This document shows positions 9,481 to 19,283 of a DNA stretch of 64,000 bases, piece by piece (the first letter of the stretch is position 1; the number at the start of each line of letters is the position of its first letter). Origin of the DNA: Candidatus Levyibacteriota bacterium (GTDB taxonomy: Bacteria; Patescibacteriota; Microgenomatia; Levybacterales; UBA12049). The stretch covers positions 335,679 to 399,678 of the forward strand of contig JBEKQZ010000001.1 of assembly GCA_049519175.1 (NCBI GenBank), read 5' to 3'. The position numbers and the translations under genes were made by a program. Below the pieces are notes generated by a model. The model saw only the letters and a program-made list of their open reading frames with translations, was not told the origin of the DNA and did not search any database.

Positions 9481-11470
9481 TTTCTTAAAAAGCAACACGG
9501 ATTTATTGTTGGTATTCATTATTTCAACCGCTTTATCATTCGAGAATTTTTTGGAGATATGCACAGGATACCTACGCTACATGCGTTATGATCTACAACT
9601 AAATTTATTGTGGAATTATACGCAAATTACTCATCTAATTCCTTACAGAGATATCTACTATCCATATGGACTCCTGCGTTATTTTAGATTGGAGAATAAT
9701 GTTATTTCGTTATGCTATTACCTGATTATCCCGGTTCTTTTTACTATTCTTTACTTTATTCTTAAAAAAATTATCCAAGAGCGATTTTATAGGTATTTAT
9801 TCATTGCATTTATTGTATTTTTTGTTCTAAGATTTTCATATTTTGAAACGTTTACCCGTTATGGCTTATTTGCAGTATTATCGTTGTTTTTTACTTACGT
9901 GATTTATAGGTATGGTAAATATTCAAATAATTATACATTTCTTCCAGGAATACTCATAGGAGTGGTGATGTCTTTAATTAATGACCAGGGTTTATACATG
10001 TTTTTTGTGTTTTTGGGATTATTGGCATTCGATGCGATTGTAAAAATCAATAAAGGAGTGGTTTTTAATAGATACTTTATTAGCGCTTTCATAAGAAAGT
10101 TTCTCATGCTGGCACTTGGTATTTTTATAGGTATACTCCCTGTCTTAGTTTATTTATATTCCCGAGGCGGACTAGTCGAGTTTTTTCAATTTCCTTACAT
10201 AATCTCCCAGGTTGCAATCGTCGCTAAGGGTCCATTTTTTAATTATATACTTTATCCGGACAATCGCTTTACTTTAACTATTTTATTATTAGCCATTTTC
10301 ACAGTCATGATTAAACTGATTTTTTATAGACATAAGACAAGCTTGTTCTGGTATGTTGAAGCAGCTTTAATCTTGGCACTCTGTATTTTGGAGCAAAAAA
10401 GCATAATCAGGTCGATTGATTCCCAAATTACTTTTATCGCCTTTATTTTATTATTATTTTTAATTTACGATTTTATCGTTTGGTTTAAGCTAGATAAATC
10501 TCATCGGTTAGCCGGGAAAATAATCTATCTAGCGCTACCGTTGGTGGTTATAATGTTTTGGGGCCTATCGCCCTCATCAAATTTAAACACGAGCATAAAT
10601 AGTATGTTTAATAATTTTAGAGACGTTTATTCGAATACTTGCTTTAATACCGGTTTGATGAATAGTTATTCATCAAAGAATAATGATTACGTTAAAATTG
10701 TTAACTTACTAAAGAGTCAGCCGATATTTAACGGAAAGATTTATGCGTATCACCCAGGAGATTCTACTTTCTATATTTTACTGAAGCAAAAACCACCATA
10801 TTTTGACGGAGTTTTTGAAGATAATTCTGTTTCCACTCAAGAAAAAATGATTCAATATATAAAAGCAAACAATATTGAATATGTAACCTTAGACTTAAGC
10901 AAGGACTCCTTGCAAGACGGAGTGCCTCATTACATAAGAGAACCGATTGAATTTAAATATATTCTTAACAATTATTCCCCCTGGTTAATAATTGGGAATC
11001 ATTTAATCTTAAGAAAAAGTAGTCAGGATTTTTTTAGTGAACAATTACTTAATAAGATTTCTTTATATAAAAAGTATCTTTTAAGTGTTAACTTAGCAGT
11101 GATTCCCTTTTCGGAAGGATTTTATAAGTACCGTTATTTTACATTAGCGCCGTTAATTAAGACTAACAACGTAACTATTATAAATAATTTTCTTAAAAGA
11201 CAAAAAATGTCATCAGCGAATAAAGTGTTTGTTTTAATACCCAATAAGGAATTGAAGACTGTGTCACAAAATTACTTAAATCTAAGAACAAGTGATGGAA
11301 AAGAAACAGTTATTTATTTTAACGCTTGTAAGGTAAATAAACCATGTATAATAGACCTTTCAAATATACCGCTTTTTTACAAAAATAGGCAAATAAGCAG
11401 TTTATGCGTTGATAATAATTTTAAAGGAGATATCGAAATCTACAATATTAGTCTTAAGATTTTGTGGTAG
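9464..11470 (+). CDS. Large polytopic membrane protein (N-terminal ~370 aa multi-helix, C-terminal ~300 aa soluble domain); function unknown
   Basis: Hydrophobicity pattern only. Start overlaps the upstream GT2 stop. Confidence 0.4.
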   Translation: MKRVINFLKSNTDLLLVFIISTALSFENFLEICTGYLRYMRYDLQLNLLWNYTQITHLIPYRDIYYPYGLLRYFRLENNVISLCYYLIIPVLFTILYFILKKIIQERFYRYLFIAFIVFFVLRFSYFETFTRYGLFAVLSLFFTYVIYRYGKYSNNYTFLPGILIGVVMSLINDQGLYMFFVFLGLLAFDAIVKINKGVVFNRYFISAFIRKFLMLALGIFIGILPVLVYLYSRGGLVEFFQFPYIISQVAIVAKGPFFNYILYPDNRFTLTILLLAIFTVMIKLIFYRHKTSLFWYVEAALILALCILEQKSIIRSIDSQITFIAFILLLFLIYDFIVWFKLDKSHRLAGKIIYLALPLVVIMFWGLSPSSNLNTSINSMFNNFRDVYSNTCFNTGLMNSYSSKNNDYVKIVNLLKSQPIFNGKIYAYHPGDSTFYILLKQKPPYFDGVFEDNSVSTQEKMIQYIKANNIEYVTLDLSKDSLQDGVPHYIREPIEFKYILNNYSPWLIIGNHLILRKSSQDFFSEQLLNKISLYKKYLLSVNLAVIPFSEGFYKYRYFTLAPLIKTNNVTIINNFLKRQKMSSANKVFVLIPNKELKTVSQNYLNLRTSDGKETVIYFNACKVNKPCIIDLSNIPLFYKNRQISSLCVDNNFKGDIEIYNISLKILW

Positions 11471-11488
11471 TATAAGAAATAAGCACCG

Positions 11489-12736
11489 TTAAATAATCTT
11501 AAAGCCGGGTTCAATCAGGATAAATTTGCCTCCGTTGCTTTTGAACTTCCTATTTTTCTCAATAATTTCCTTACTGAAATTCCAGGCAAAAATTAGAAGA
11601 TAATCAGGTTTAGTTTCATAAATTTTATCTTCTGCATAGATAGGAATATGTGTTTCCGGAGTAAATAGGCCCTGTTTATACGGTGTTGAATCAACGATGT
11701 AATCGATTATCTTAGAGCCTATGCCAAAATAGTTAAGCAGTACATTTGCTTTTGCTGCGGCACCGTAGCCCACAATTGTTTTTTTAGATTTCTTTAATTT
11801 TATAAGTTTTTTGACCGTATTTATTTTAAGTTTTTCAACTCGTTTTGCGAATTCAATATAGGCATTAATTTCGTGCAGTCCGAATTTTTTTTCTTCATAT
11901 AATAACTTGTTAATAATATTTGTTCTTACTTTTATTTTTGTATTTTTCTTCTTTTTCCAAAATACCCTTAATGAGCCGCCGTCCAAATCGCTCTTTTGTA
12001 TGTCAAATATTTCCAGGGAAGAATCTTTTGCTAAATACATAAGAGACTTGACGCTAAAATAAGATAAATGTTCATGGTAGATGGTGTCGAACAAATTTTT
12101 TTCTAAAAGATCGTAGGAATAGGGAAAATGCATTACAAAAATTCCATCATCATCAAGAAGAATTTCTCCTCCCTTAATTACTTCATGAAGGTCTGGAATA
12201 TGTGCGATGACATTGGTTGCGGTAATAGCTTTGGCTTTGCCATATTTTTTAACAGCTTTCTTAGCAAGCGTAGAATCGAAATATCCAAGGATCGTTTCTA
12301 CGCCATTTAAGTTAGCGATTTTTACTAGATTTTCAGCAGGGTCAATCCCCAAAATTTTCATTCCAATGTTTTTAAAGCAAACCAAAAGGCTTCCATCATT
12401 ACTGCCGACGTCAATCACTAAAGAATTTTTCCTAAGCTTGCTAATTTTAGCGATTTCTTTCGCCATCTGTTTAAAATAATTAATCCTCGTCTTAGATGCA
12501 GATGGAATATATAAATAATTACCAAACATTATTTTTGAGTTCACTAAATATTTTAATTGCATTAGGGAACAGTTTGAGCAGAAACAGACGGAAAGCGCAT
12601 ATCTTGGTTCTTTTTGCTTTAAGTCTTCTTTTCTAAGAAACCCATTCGGGATCGGTTGTTCTCCCAAATCTATAACGTCCAAGAGCTTATTAGATCCGCA
12701 AATTCTGCATTTTTTTACCGTTATTAAGTTGATCAT
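11489..12736 (-). CDS. NDP-hexose C-methyltransferase-like protein (N-terminal Cys4 zinc ribbon + SAM methyltransferase + C-methyltransferase C-terminal domain; TylCIII/NovU-like architecture)
   Basis: CRICGS...CSNCS zinc ribbon at the N-terminus. SAM-binding block LVIDVGSNDG. Length ~415 aa matches the sugar C-methyltransferase family. Confidence 0.75.
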   Translation of the reverse strand: MINLITVKKCRICGSNKLLDVIDLGEQPIPNGFLRKEDLKQKEPRYALSVCFCSNCSLMQLKYLVNSKIMFGNYLYIPSASKTRINYFKQMAKEIAKISKLRKNSLVIDVGSNDGSLLVCFKNIGMKILGIDPAENLVKIANLNGVETILGYFDSTLAKKAVKKYGKAKAITATNVIAHIPDLHEVIKGGEILLDDDGIFVMHFPYSYDLLEKNLFDTIYHEHLSYFSVKSLMYLAKDSSLEIFDIQKSDLDGGSLRVFWKKKKNTKIKVRTNIINKLLYEEKKFGLHEINAYIEFAKRVEKLKINTVKKLIKLKKSKKTIVGYGAAAKANVLLNYFGIGSKIIDYIVDSTPYKQGLFTPETHIPIYAEDKIYETKPDYLLIFAWNFSKEIIEKNRKFKSNGGKFILIEPGFKII

Positions 12737-12753
12737 ATATTAAGATAATTCTC

Positions 12754-14016
12754 CTATATTACTGTAAATTTTGGTAGGGGAAAAATAAAATGGCCCCCGT
12801 TGTCTAAATATTTTTTCTCCCTTTGTAGAAATTCTTGCTTAAAAAACCAAGGTAGCACTAACATGTAATCTGGTTTTTCTTTTCTCGCCTGTTCCTCAGA
12901 AATAATTGGAATTCCCATGGAAGATATCATCTTGCCCCATTTCTCTGGGTTTCTTTCTACAGCCTTTTTAATCAGCGTATGGTCTAATTTAAAATATTGG
13001 AGAAGAGTATTTCCTCGGGTTGACGCTCCATAAAGATAAATTAATTTCCCTTTTTTACTTTCTTTCTTGACGAAATTTAGGATTTTTTCTTTATTATTTT
13101 TTATTTTTTTAGCAAAATTTAGATAAACTTTTCTATTATTTAGTTTAAGTCTTTTTTCCTGACTTTCCATTTTCAGAACTGCTTTGGTTATTTTTCTTTT
13201 TCCCTTCGTTGTAATATAGGTTCTGAAACTACCTCCATTAAGTTCTCTTTCTTCTAAATCAAAAACCTCCAGATTATGTTTTTCCAGCAAATTATTTAAA
13301 GATAAGAGAGAATAATATTCAAGGTGCTCGTGGACAATATTATCGAAAGCGCTTTGCTTTAGCATTTCAACCAAGTAGTTTTGTTGAATTATAAAAATTC
13401 CATCGTCTTTCATAATTTTTTTTACGTCTTCAATAAATTTGTTTGGTTCTGCCATATCATAGAAACAAGATATTGCTGTGACTATGTCAGCTTTTACATC
13501 TTTGACAACTTTTTGATAAGAGGCATAACTAAAAAAGTCATTAATTACTTTATTGGTATTTTTCTGAGATTCTTTTGCAAATTTCGTTATTGGCTCAACG
13601 GCAATCCTGTAGATATTTTTAGGATAATTTTTTAATAAAGTGCCATCATTTGCGCCGATGTCGACAACAACAGTATCTTTAGTTTTAGTCTTTATTCTCT
13701 TAAGTGCTTTTTGTGTAATTTCTTTAAGTTCGTTTTGCATAGTTTGATTAATGTCGGATTTATAACCATATCTTTCTGTGTAAAGATATTTTGCGGGCGT
13801 AGTGTAATCTAATTGAACAAGAAAGCATTTTTTACAAAGGACAATGCTAAGGGGAAAGGAGCGAGGTTTTCTATTAATTTTTGTAAAATCGGATAAATAT
13901 TGATTTCCTAAGGAAATAATATTAATTAAGTTTTTGGAATTGCAAGATCGACATTTTTTGATTTTCATCTCTGAGGCAGTCGGTCTATTATAGCCTTTAA
14001 AATCCTGAAATTTCAA
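12754..14016 (-). CDS. NDP-hexose C-methyltransferase-like protein, paralog of 11489..12736
   Basis: CRSCNS...CKKC zinc ribbon and VVVDIGANDG SAM block. Same length and collinear similarity to the adjacent gene. Confidence 0.75.
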   Translation of the reverse strand: MKFQDFKGYNRPTASEMKIKKCRSCNSKNLINIISLGNQYLSDFTKINRKPRSFPLSIVLCKKCFLVQLDYTTPAKYLYTERYGYKSDINQTMQNELKEITQKALKRIKTKTKDTVVVDIGANDGTLLKNYPKNIYRIAVEPITKFAKESQKNTNKVINDFFSYASYQKVVKDVKADIVTAISCFYDMAEPNKFIEDVKKIMKDDGIFIIQQNYLVEMLKQSAFDNIVHEHLEYYSLLSLNNLLEKHNLEVFDLEERELNGGSFRTYITTKGKRKITKAVLKMESQEKRLKLNNRKVYLNFAKKIKNNKEKILNFVKKESKKGKLIYLYGASTRGNTLLQYFKLDHTLIKKAVERNPEKWGKMISSMGIPIISEEQARKEKPDYMLVLPWFFKQEFLQREKKYLDNGGHFIFPLPKFTVI

Positions 14017-14020
14017 GTAG

Positions 14021-15124
14021 TTATTTCGGGGAGCTAATTAGCTTAAGCTTAATATCTCCGTATATTTTTCTAACAAAACTTATTTTTTGGTAAAGATGGT
14101 AATAAGTTAATTTTAAATAAACTTCCATTTCGCGTTTTTTAAAAAATGTTAAAGATTTACTTAAGTCTTTGTATATTTCAAAAAGTTCTTTGGGATTAAT
14201 TTCATATTTGTGTTTTTTGTAATGTTCGAGTCGATTAATAAGAAACATAATTACGTAGTCAGATAAAAACTTCTGATATTCCTCCTTACATTTAAACCGA
14301 TCTGCTAGTCGAGCAATGGTTTTATTAAACCCAATTACCCCTCTTTTATATTCATCAAGGGTATCTTTTTTTCTTCCGTAATTTTGTTCATGAAGGGCAA
14401 AACTTGCTAGCTCCTTGTTTATTATTACGAATTTAGTTTTGGCGGCAATTTTAAGTAAGTATGCAAAATCCGAAAAATGTGCAGAGTTATAATCGGGGAC
14501 TCCTGGAATTTCCGCTACCAAATCTCTTGATATTAAACTAGCGTTCCATAAATAATGTGGAAATATTTCCTGTTTAAAAAATTGTTTAAAAAATAACCGG
14601 GGTTCTAGTATTTCAATACTGCCATATTTTTTATTTTTGTTTACCAGTGAATTAAATCCAAACTTTAAGTGATTTACCTCTGCCACTTTTTTAGTTTTGA
14701 CGTCTGCGTAAGAAGCTCCCCAAAACGCTTTCATATTCGGATATTTCTTTAGCGCTCTAGCAAATACTACAAGCATATCAGCAGTGGGTGGATCATCGTC
14801 TGCCATAATGGAAACAAAATCACCTTTAGAAAGAGAAAAAGCTTTATTGAAACTTTTCACCATCCCGATGTGCTTTCTATTTTTATGATAAATTATTTTA
14901 TTTGATCTAAATGATGCTACGACTTTCTCCGAAGTGTTCTCGGAGGGGTCTTCTGAAATTACAATTTCAATGTTCGGATATTTTTGTTTAAGGATTATTT
15001 TAATGGTCGATTTTAAAAATTCAGGTCTTTTATACGTTGAGATACAGAAGCTGACTAACGGACACCGTTTCATTATAGGCAAAATAATAGCATTCTGGTT
15101 GGGAGTAGTCAATGTGAAAGTCAA
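14021..15124 (-). CDS. Glycosyltransferase family 2
   Basis: VSFCISTYKRPEFL...IVISEDPS... and DDD blocks typical of GT2. Confidence 0.8.
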   Translation of the reverse strand: MTFTLTTPNQNAIILPIMKRCPLVSFCISTYKRPEFLKSTIKIILKQKYPNIEIVISEDPSENTSEKVVASFRSNKIIYHKNRKHIGMVKSFNKAFSLSKGDFVSIMADDDPPTADMLVVFARALKKYPNMKAFWGASYADVKTKKVAEVNHLKFGFNSLVNKNKKYGSIEILEPRLFFKQFFKQEIFPHYLWNASLISRDLVAEIPGVPDYNSAHFSDFAYLLKIAAKTKFVIINKELASFALHEQNYGRKKDTLDEYKRGVIGFNKTIARLADRFKCKEEYQKFLSDYVIMFLINRLEHYKKHKYEINPKELFEIYKDLSKSLTFFKKREMEVYLKLTYYHLYQKISFVRKIYGDIKLKLISSPK

Positions 15125-15187
15125 GCAGCTTGAGCTATTCGCAATAACTAGATATAATACCTACATAATCAAATCTTTAGCTAAATT

Positions 15188-16168
15188 ATGAAAAAAAATA
15201 TACGAGTAATAGTTACAGGCGGAACGGGATTTATTGGCTGCAATATGATAGCTTTTCTTAAAAAGAAGGGTTTTTATGTCCGCTGCGTCGATATTAAAAT
15301 TTCCGAACGGGAAAAACAGCGAGGGAAAATGTTTAATCAAGCTGATGAAGTACTCAGGCTTGATTTAAGGGAGCAAAAAAATGTTGACAAAGCGGTTGCG
15401 GGAATGGATTGGGTGTTCCATTTTGCATCAGACATGGGAGGGGTAGGCTATTTCCATACGCGTAATTTCTACCCGATAATCAACAATATGCAAATAGATC
15501 TAAACATGCTTAGAGCGACGGAAGAGTCCCATATTAAAAGATTTTTTTATTCCTCTTCTGCATGTATTTATCCCACTAACCTGCAAATGGTAGAGAGTGA
15601 AGCAATTCGTCTGTCAGAAGAAATGAAATATCCTGCTTTTCCTGACCAAAATTACGGATGGGAGAAACTATTAATGTTAAGGCTTTGCGAAGAAGCGCCT
15701 TTCGACGCTAGAGTCGGGATTTTTAACACAATATATGGTATGTACCAGGAAATTGAAGGGGAACGGATGAAGTTTCCGACTGCAATTGCAACAAAAGTAT
15801 TAAAAAGCAAATTAAAAGGTAGGCCGATTGAGATATGGGGTAATGGGAAGCAAATTCGTTCGTTTCTCTACATAGACGATTTATGTGAAAGGGTATACAG
15901 GATTATGACCATGCCGTATAAAGGGCCAGTTAATGTCTCTGCCGAGGAATCTATTACGATTGAAGAAACTGCGAGAATGCTTTGCGAGATTGCCGGCATT
16001 AAGCCAAATTTTAAATTTAACTTAGATAAGCCGAGCGGGGTGTTATCAAGAGCTATCGATAACACGAAGTTTAACAGAGCTTATAAATATAAAGACAAAG
16101 TTTCGCTTCGGGAAGGGTTTACCCGCCTATATGCGTGGGTTGAAGAAGAACAAAAAGATACCGCATAG
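15188..16168 (+). CDS. NAD-dependent nucleotide-sugar epimerase/dehydratase (SDR family)
   Basis: VTGGTGFIG Rossmann motif at the N-terminus and a YxxxK-containing central region. Confidence 0.85.
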   Translation: MKKNIRVIVTGGTGFIGCNMIAFLKKKGFYVRCVDIKISEREKQRGKMFNQADEVLRLDLREQKNVDKAVAGMDWVFHFASDMGGVGYFHTRNFYPIINNMQIDLNMLRATEESHIKRFFYSSSACIYPTNLQMVESEAIRLSEEMKYPAFPDQNYGWEKLLMLRLCEEAPFDARVGIFNTIYGMYQEIEGERMKFPTAIATKVLKSKLKGRPIEIWGNGKQIRSFLYIDDLCERVYRIMTMPYKGPVNVSAEESITIEETARMLCEIAGIKPNFKFNLDKPSGVLSRAIDNTKFNRAYKYKDKVSLREGFTRLYAWVEEEQKDTA

Positions 16169-16186
16169 GCAACTTACTCACGATTT

Positions 16187-17650
16187 ATGGTCGAAGACAA
16201 AGATATTCTAAAAGCAAATATAATCCAAGGCTTTGGAACCCTCATCGCAAGAGAAGTCCTTTTGAAATTTTTTTCTTTTGTCGGGCAGATATTTTTAGCC
16301 CGGCTCTTGGCCCCATCGGACTTTGGTGTATATGTAATTATTGTTTTTGTTGTAAATTTCTTAAGTTTATTCTCCGACGTTGGATTATCGTTGGCTATTA
16401 TCCAAAAAACCAAAGAGCCTACAAAAGAAGAGCTATCAAGTGTGTTTTTCTTAAAAATGGGCCTATCTTGTTTAATTGTTATTCTTATTTGGATATTCGC
16501 ACCGTTTCTCAGAAGTTTTTATCCGGCATTTTCTGCTTCAAACGTATTAATGACAAGAATGTTGTCTCTAATTATAATTACGGGGAGTATCAGGTCTATT
16601 CCCATCTCATTATTGGAAAGAAAAATAAAATACAATCTGATTTCTTTAATCGACGTTTATGGAGTTTCAATTTATTACATCGTTTCCATAGCGTTTGCTT
16701 TAATGCATTTCGGGGCTTGGAGCTTTATCTTTGGAGCTTTGACAAAGGAAGTTGGAGAGACAATAATTTTATATGGAATCCAGCCTTTTTTCCCTAAGCT
16801 TGCTTATTCTAAGCATAATGTTAAAAGTATGATTAAATTTGGTATATACATACAAGGGAATGGTCTTGTTAATTTTCTTGGTTCTTCTATAACGCCATTA
16901 TTGGGAGGGAGGATTTTTGGGACATCTAGGGTAGGACTATTAGATTTTGCATATAGTATAGCTTCTTTGCCTGAGCTAGTGGGGGTAAACTTTGGAAGAG
17001 TGGCATTTGCTGGGTATTCAAGAATTCAAGAACAAAAAGAATTGCTATTAAAGTCCATTCGTAAATCAATGAGTATGCTTTCTATTTTATTATATATTTT
17101 TCCGGTTGTAGTACTTTGTTTTGGCAGTCAATTGGTGCCGTTATTTTTTTCCGACAAATGGATACCGGCAATACCTGCTTTATATTGGTATAGTTTGGAT
17201 GTGTTTTTTCTTCCTATTATTATTGCTTTAGGTCAAATAATCTTAGCGGTCGGAAGATCGAAAGAAGTATTCTGGGCAACATTTATTACTGCAGTCGCCG
17301 GATGGATCGGAATATTTTTCTTGATTCATATTTTTGGATTTGTGGGAATAGCGATAGATTATTTGTTAACAATTGTGCTATTGAGCATATTTTATCTTTC
17401 GATATCAGTCAAAAGTGGATTTAAGTTTCCGTTGGTATCAATCCTAGGTCCAAAAATGATTGTTGCCATTCTTACAATCGCCTTTTCTTTAATACTGGAT
17501 ACAGTCTTTAACCAAACCTTTGTTATGCTTATCGTGAAGCTTTGCATGAGTGGTGCATTATATTTATCCCTGATGTTCTTATTGGCAAAGAACGATACAG
17601 TGGAACTTTTTCTGCTGGTTATTAATTTTGTTAAGCAAAAACGAATATGA
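16187..17650 (+). CDS. Polysaccharide biosynthesis protein / Wzx-type oligosaccharide flippase (MOP superfamily)
   Basis: About 12-14 hydrophobic helices over 487 aa with a Wzx-like N-terminal region (..GFGTLIAREVLLKFFSFVGQIFLARLL..). Confidence 0.8.
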   Translation: MVEDKDILKANIIQGFGTLIAREVLLKFFSFVGQIFLARLLAPSDFGVYVIIVFVVNFLSLFSDVGLSLAIIQKTKEPTKEELSSVFFLKMGLSCLIVILIWIFAPFLRSFYPAFSASNVLMTRMLSLIIITGSIRSIPISLLERKIKYNLISLIDVYGVSIYYIVSIAFALMHFGAWSFIFGALTKEVGETIILYGIQPFFPKLAYSKHNVKSMIKFGIYIQGNGLVNFLGSSITPLLGGRIFGTSRVGLLDFAYSIASLPELVGVNFGRVAFAGYSRIQEQKELLLKSIRKSMSMLSILLYIFPVVVLCFGSQLVPLFFSDKWIPAIPALYWYSLDVFFLPIIIALGQIILAVGRSKEVFWATFITAVAGWIGIFFLIHIFGFVGIAIDYLLTIVLLSIFYLSISVKSGFKFPLVSILGPKMIVAILTIAFSLILDTVFNQTFVMLIVKLCMSGALYLSLMFLLAKNDTVELFLLVINFVKQKRI

Positions 17651-18615
17651 TTAAGCTCTCCGTAATTATTGTTTTGTACGAGGAATATGAATTAGTCGAA
17701 AAAACCCTCTCTTCAATTTATCAAAACGAAATAGCCAATATGGAAGTTATTCTAGTAGATAATACGCCTAACAATAAAGGACATAAAGCGGTGCTTAAGA
17801 AATTTCCTAAAATAAAATATTTTCATAATTCAGTCAATTCCGGTTTTGGCGGAGGAGTTAACTTCGGCTTAAATAAGGCAAAGAGTAAAAATATACTAAT
17901 GTTAACCCCAGATATGTATCTATTGCCGCAGACAATCCTTCAGACATTAAGCTATCTTGAAAAGCATCAGCGAGTTGGACTAGTCGGTTCGAAACTCATT
18001 GCTTCGCCCGGTGATCAGGAGCGCTCCGCAAATTCCAGTTATCCCAATTTGTCCACGATCCTTTATTATTACAATATGCCTTTCTATAAGTTAATTGATC
18101 GTTTCAATAAAAATTATCACCCAAATTATTTTTCATTGAAGAAACACCAGCATATTTTAGAGACAAAATGGATTAACGGACAGTATATGCTCGCAAGAAG
18201 AAAGGCACTAGATGATATTGGTGGTTTCGATGAGAGATTCTTTTTATATTTTGAGGACGTAGACTTGTGTAAGCGAATGGTTGAGTCCGGTTGGAAAGTT
18301 GTGTATCTTCCTGTTGGAGGAATTGTACAGAATGGAATAACTAAATGGAAAAAAACGACAATTACACAAGCAACATCTCCCTATATGGAAAGCTTGTATA
18401 AATTTTACATAAAACATTATGGAAGAGTATACGCGTTCGCGGCATGGCTTATCGGCACAACGTCTTCCTTAATAAGCGTGCCGTATCTAGTTTTTGTCGT
18501 ATTCATTAAAAAAATATTTGGTGTTAAGTCACAATCAAAGATACTTTTACCATTATGGATAGACATAGCAAGGTGGCACCTTACTAAAGGAGTAAAAGAG
18601 GTAATCAAATCATAA
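17647..18615 (+). CDS. Glycosyltransferase family 2 with C-terminal membrane anchor
   Basis: LSVIIVLYEEYELVEKTLSSI... and a DED (DXD) motif in FYFEDVDLCKR. ATGA overlap with the flippase gene. Confidence 0.85.
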   Translation: MIKLSVIIVLYEEYELVEKTLSSIYQNEIANMEVILVDNTPNNKGHKAVLKKFPKIKYFHNSVNSGFGGGVNFGLNKAKSKNILMLTPDMYLLPQTILQTLSYLEKHQRVGLVGSKLIASPGDQERSANSSYPNLSTILYYYNMPFYKLIDRFNKNYHPNYFSLKKHQHILETKWINGQYMLARRKALDDIGGFDERFFLYFEDVDLCKRMVESGWKVVYLPVGGIVQNGITKWKKTTITQATSPYMESLYKFYIKHYGRVYAFAAWLIGTTSSLISVPYLVFVVFIKKIFGVKSQSKILLPLWIDIARWHLTKGVKEVIKS

Positions 18616-18666
18616 ACTGAAATAAAGGTGGAAAATTTTTGTTGCCTGTGTCATTATTAAAGATAG

Positions 18667-19197
18667 ATGAAAGTAATTGATACAAAACTTCAGGGAGTAA
18701 AAGTTATTGAACCGGATAAATTCGATGACAATCGGGGGTATTATCTTAAATCGTTTGAAAAAAAAGCTTTCAGGGAGCAAGGAATTGATTTTGATATTGT
18801 TCAGGTAAGCCATTCTTCTAATCAGGCAAAAGGAACAATAAGGGGAATGCACTTTCAACTTGAACCCTTTGCTCAAGATAAAATCATTTTTTGTGTTAAA
18901 GGGAAAGTGTTCGATATAGCAATAGATTTACGTAAGAATTCCGCTACCTATGGAGAATGGTATGGGTTAGAGCTTTCAGAGGAGAATAAACAGATTTTGT
19001 ATATTCCAAAAGGCTTTGCGCATGGGTTTGAAACTCTGGTTGATAATACGGAGGTAATCTATTTTATTTCAGAAGTATATTCAAAAGAACATGAATCCGG
19101 AATTAAGTGGAATGAAGTTGCCTTTGGCATCGACTGGCCCTTAGAACCTACCGTAATCTCAGAGAAAGATCAAAAGTGGCCTGCATACGAAAGCTAA
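18667..19197 (+). CDS. rfbC: dTDP-4-dehydrorhamnose 3,5-epimerase
   Basis: Classic RmlC blocks: KVIEPDKFDDNRGYY, QVSHSSNQAKGTIRGMHFQ, FDIAIDLRKNSATYGEWYG, LYIPKGFAHGF. Confidence 0.9.
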   Translation: MKVIDTKLQGVKVIEPDKFDDNRGYYLKSFEKKAFREQGIDFDIVQVSHSSNQAKGTIRGMHFQLEPFAQDKIIFCVKGKVFDIAIDLRKNSATYGEWYGLELSEENKQILYIPKGFAHGFETLVDNTEVIYFISEVYSKEHESGIKWNEVAFGIDWPLEPTVISEKDQKWPAYES

Positions 19198-19283
19198 TTT
19201 CAGAAACGTAGCCAACCTCATATCTCATAGGTAGGATTACCGTGTATTGTAGAGTTAAAACTGCTATAATTTCAGTCAATAAT

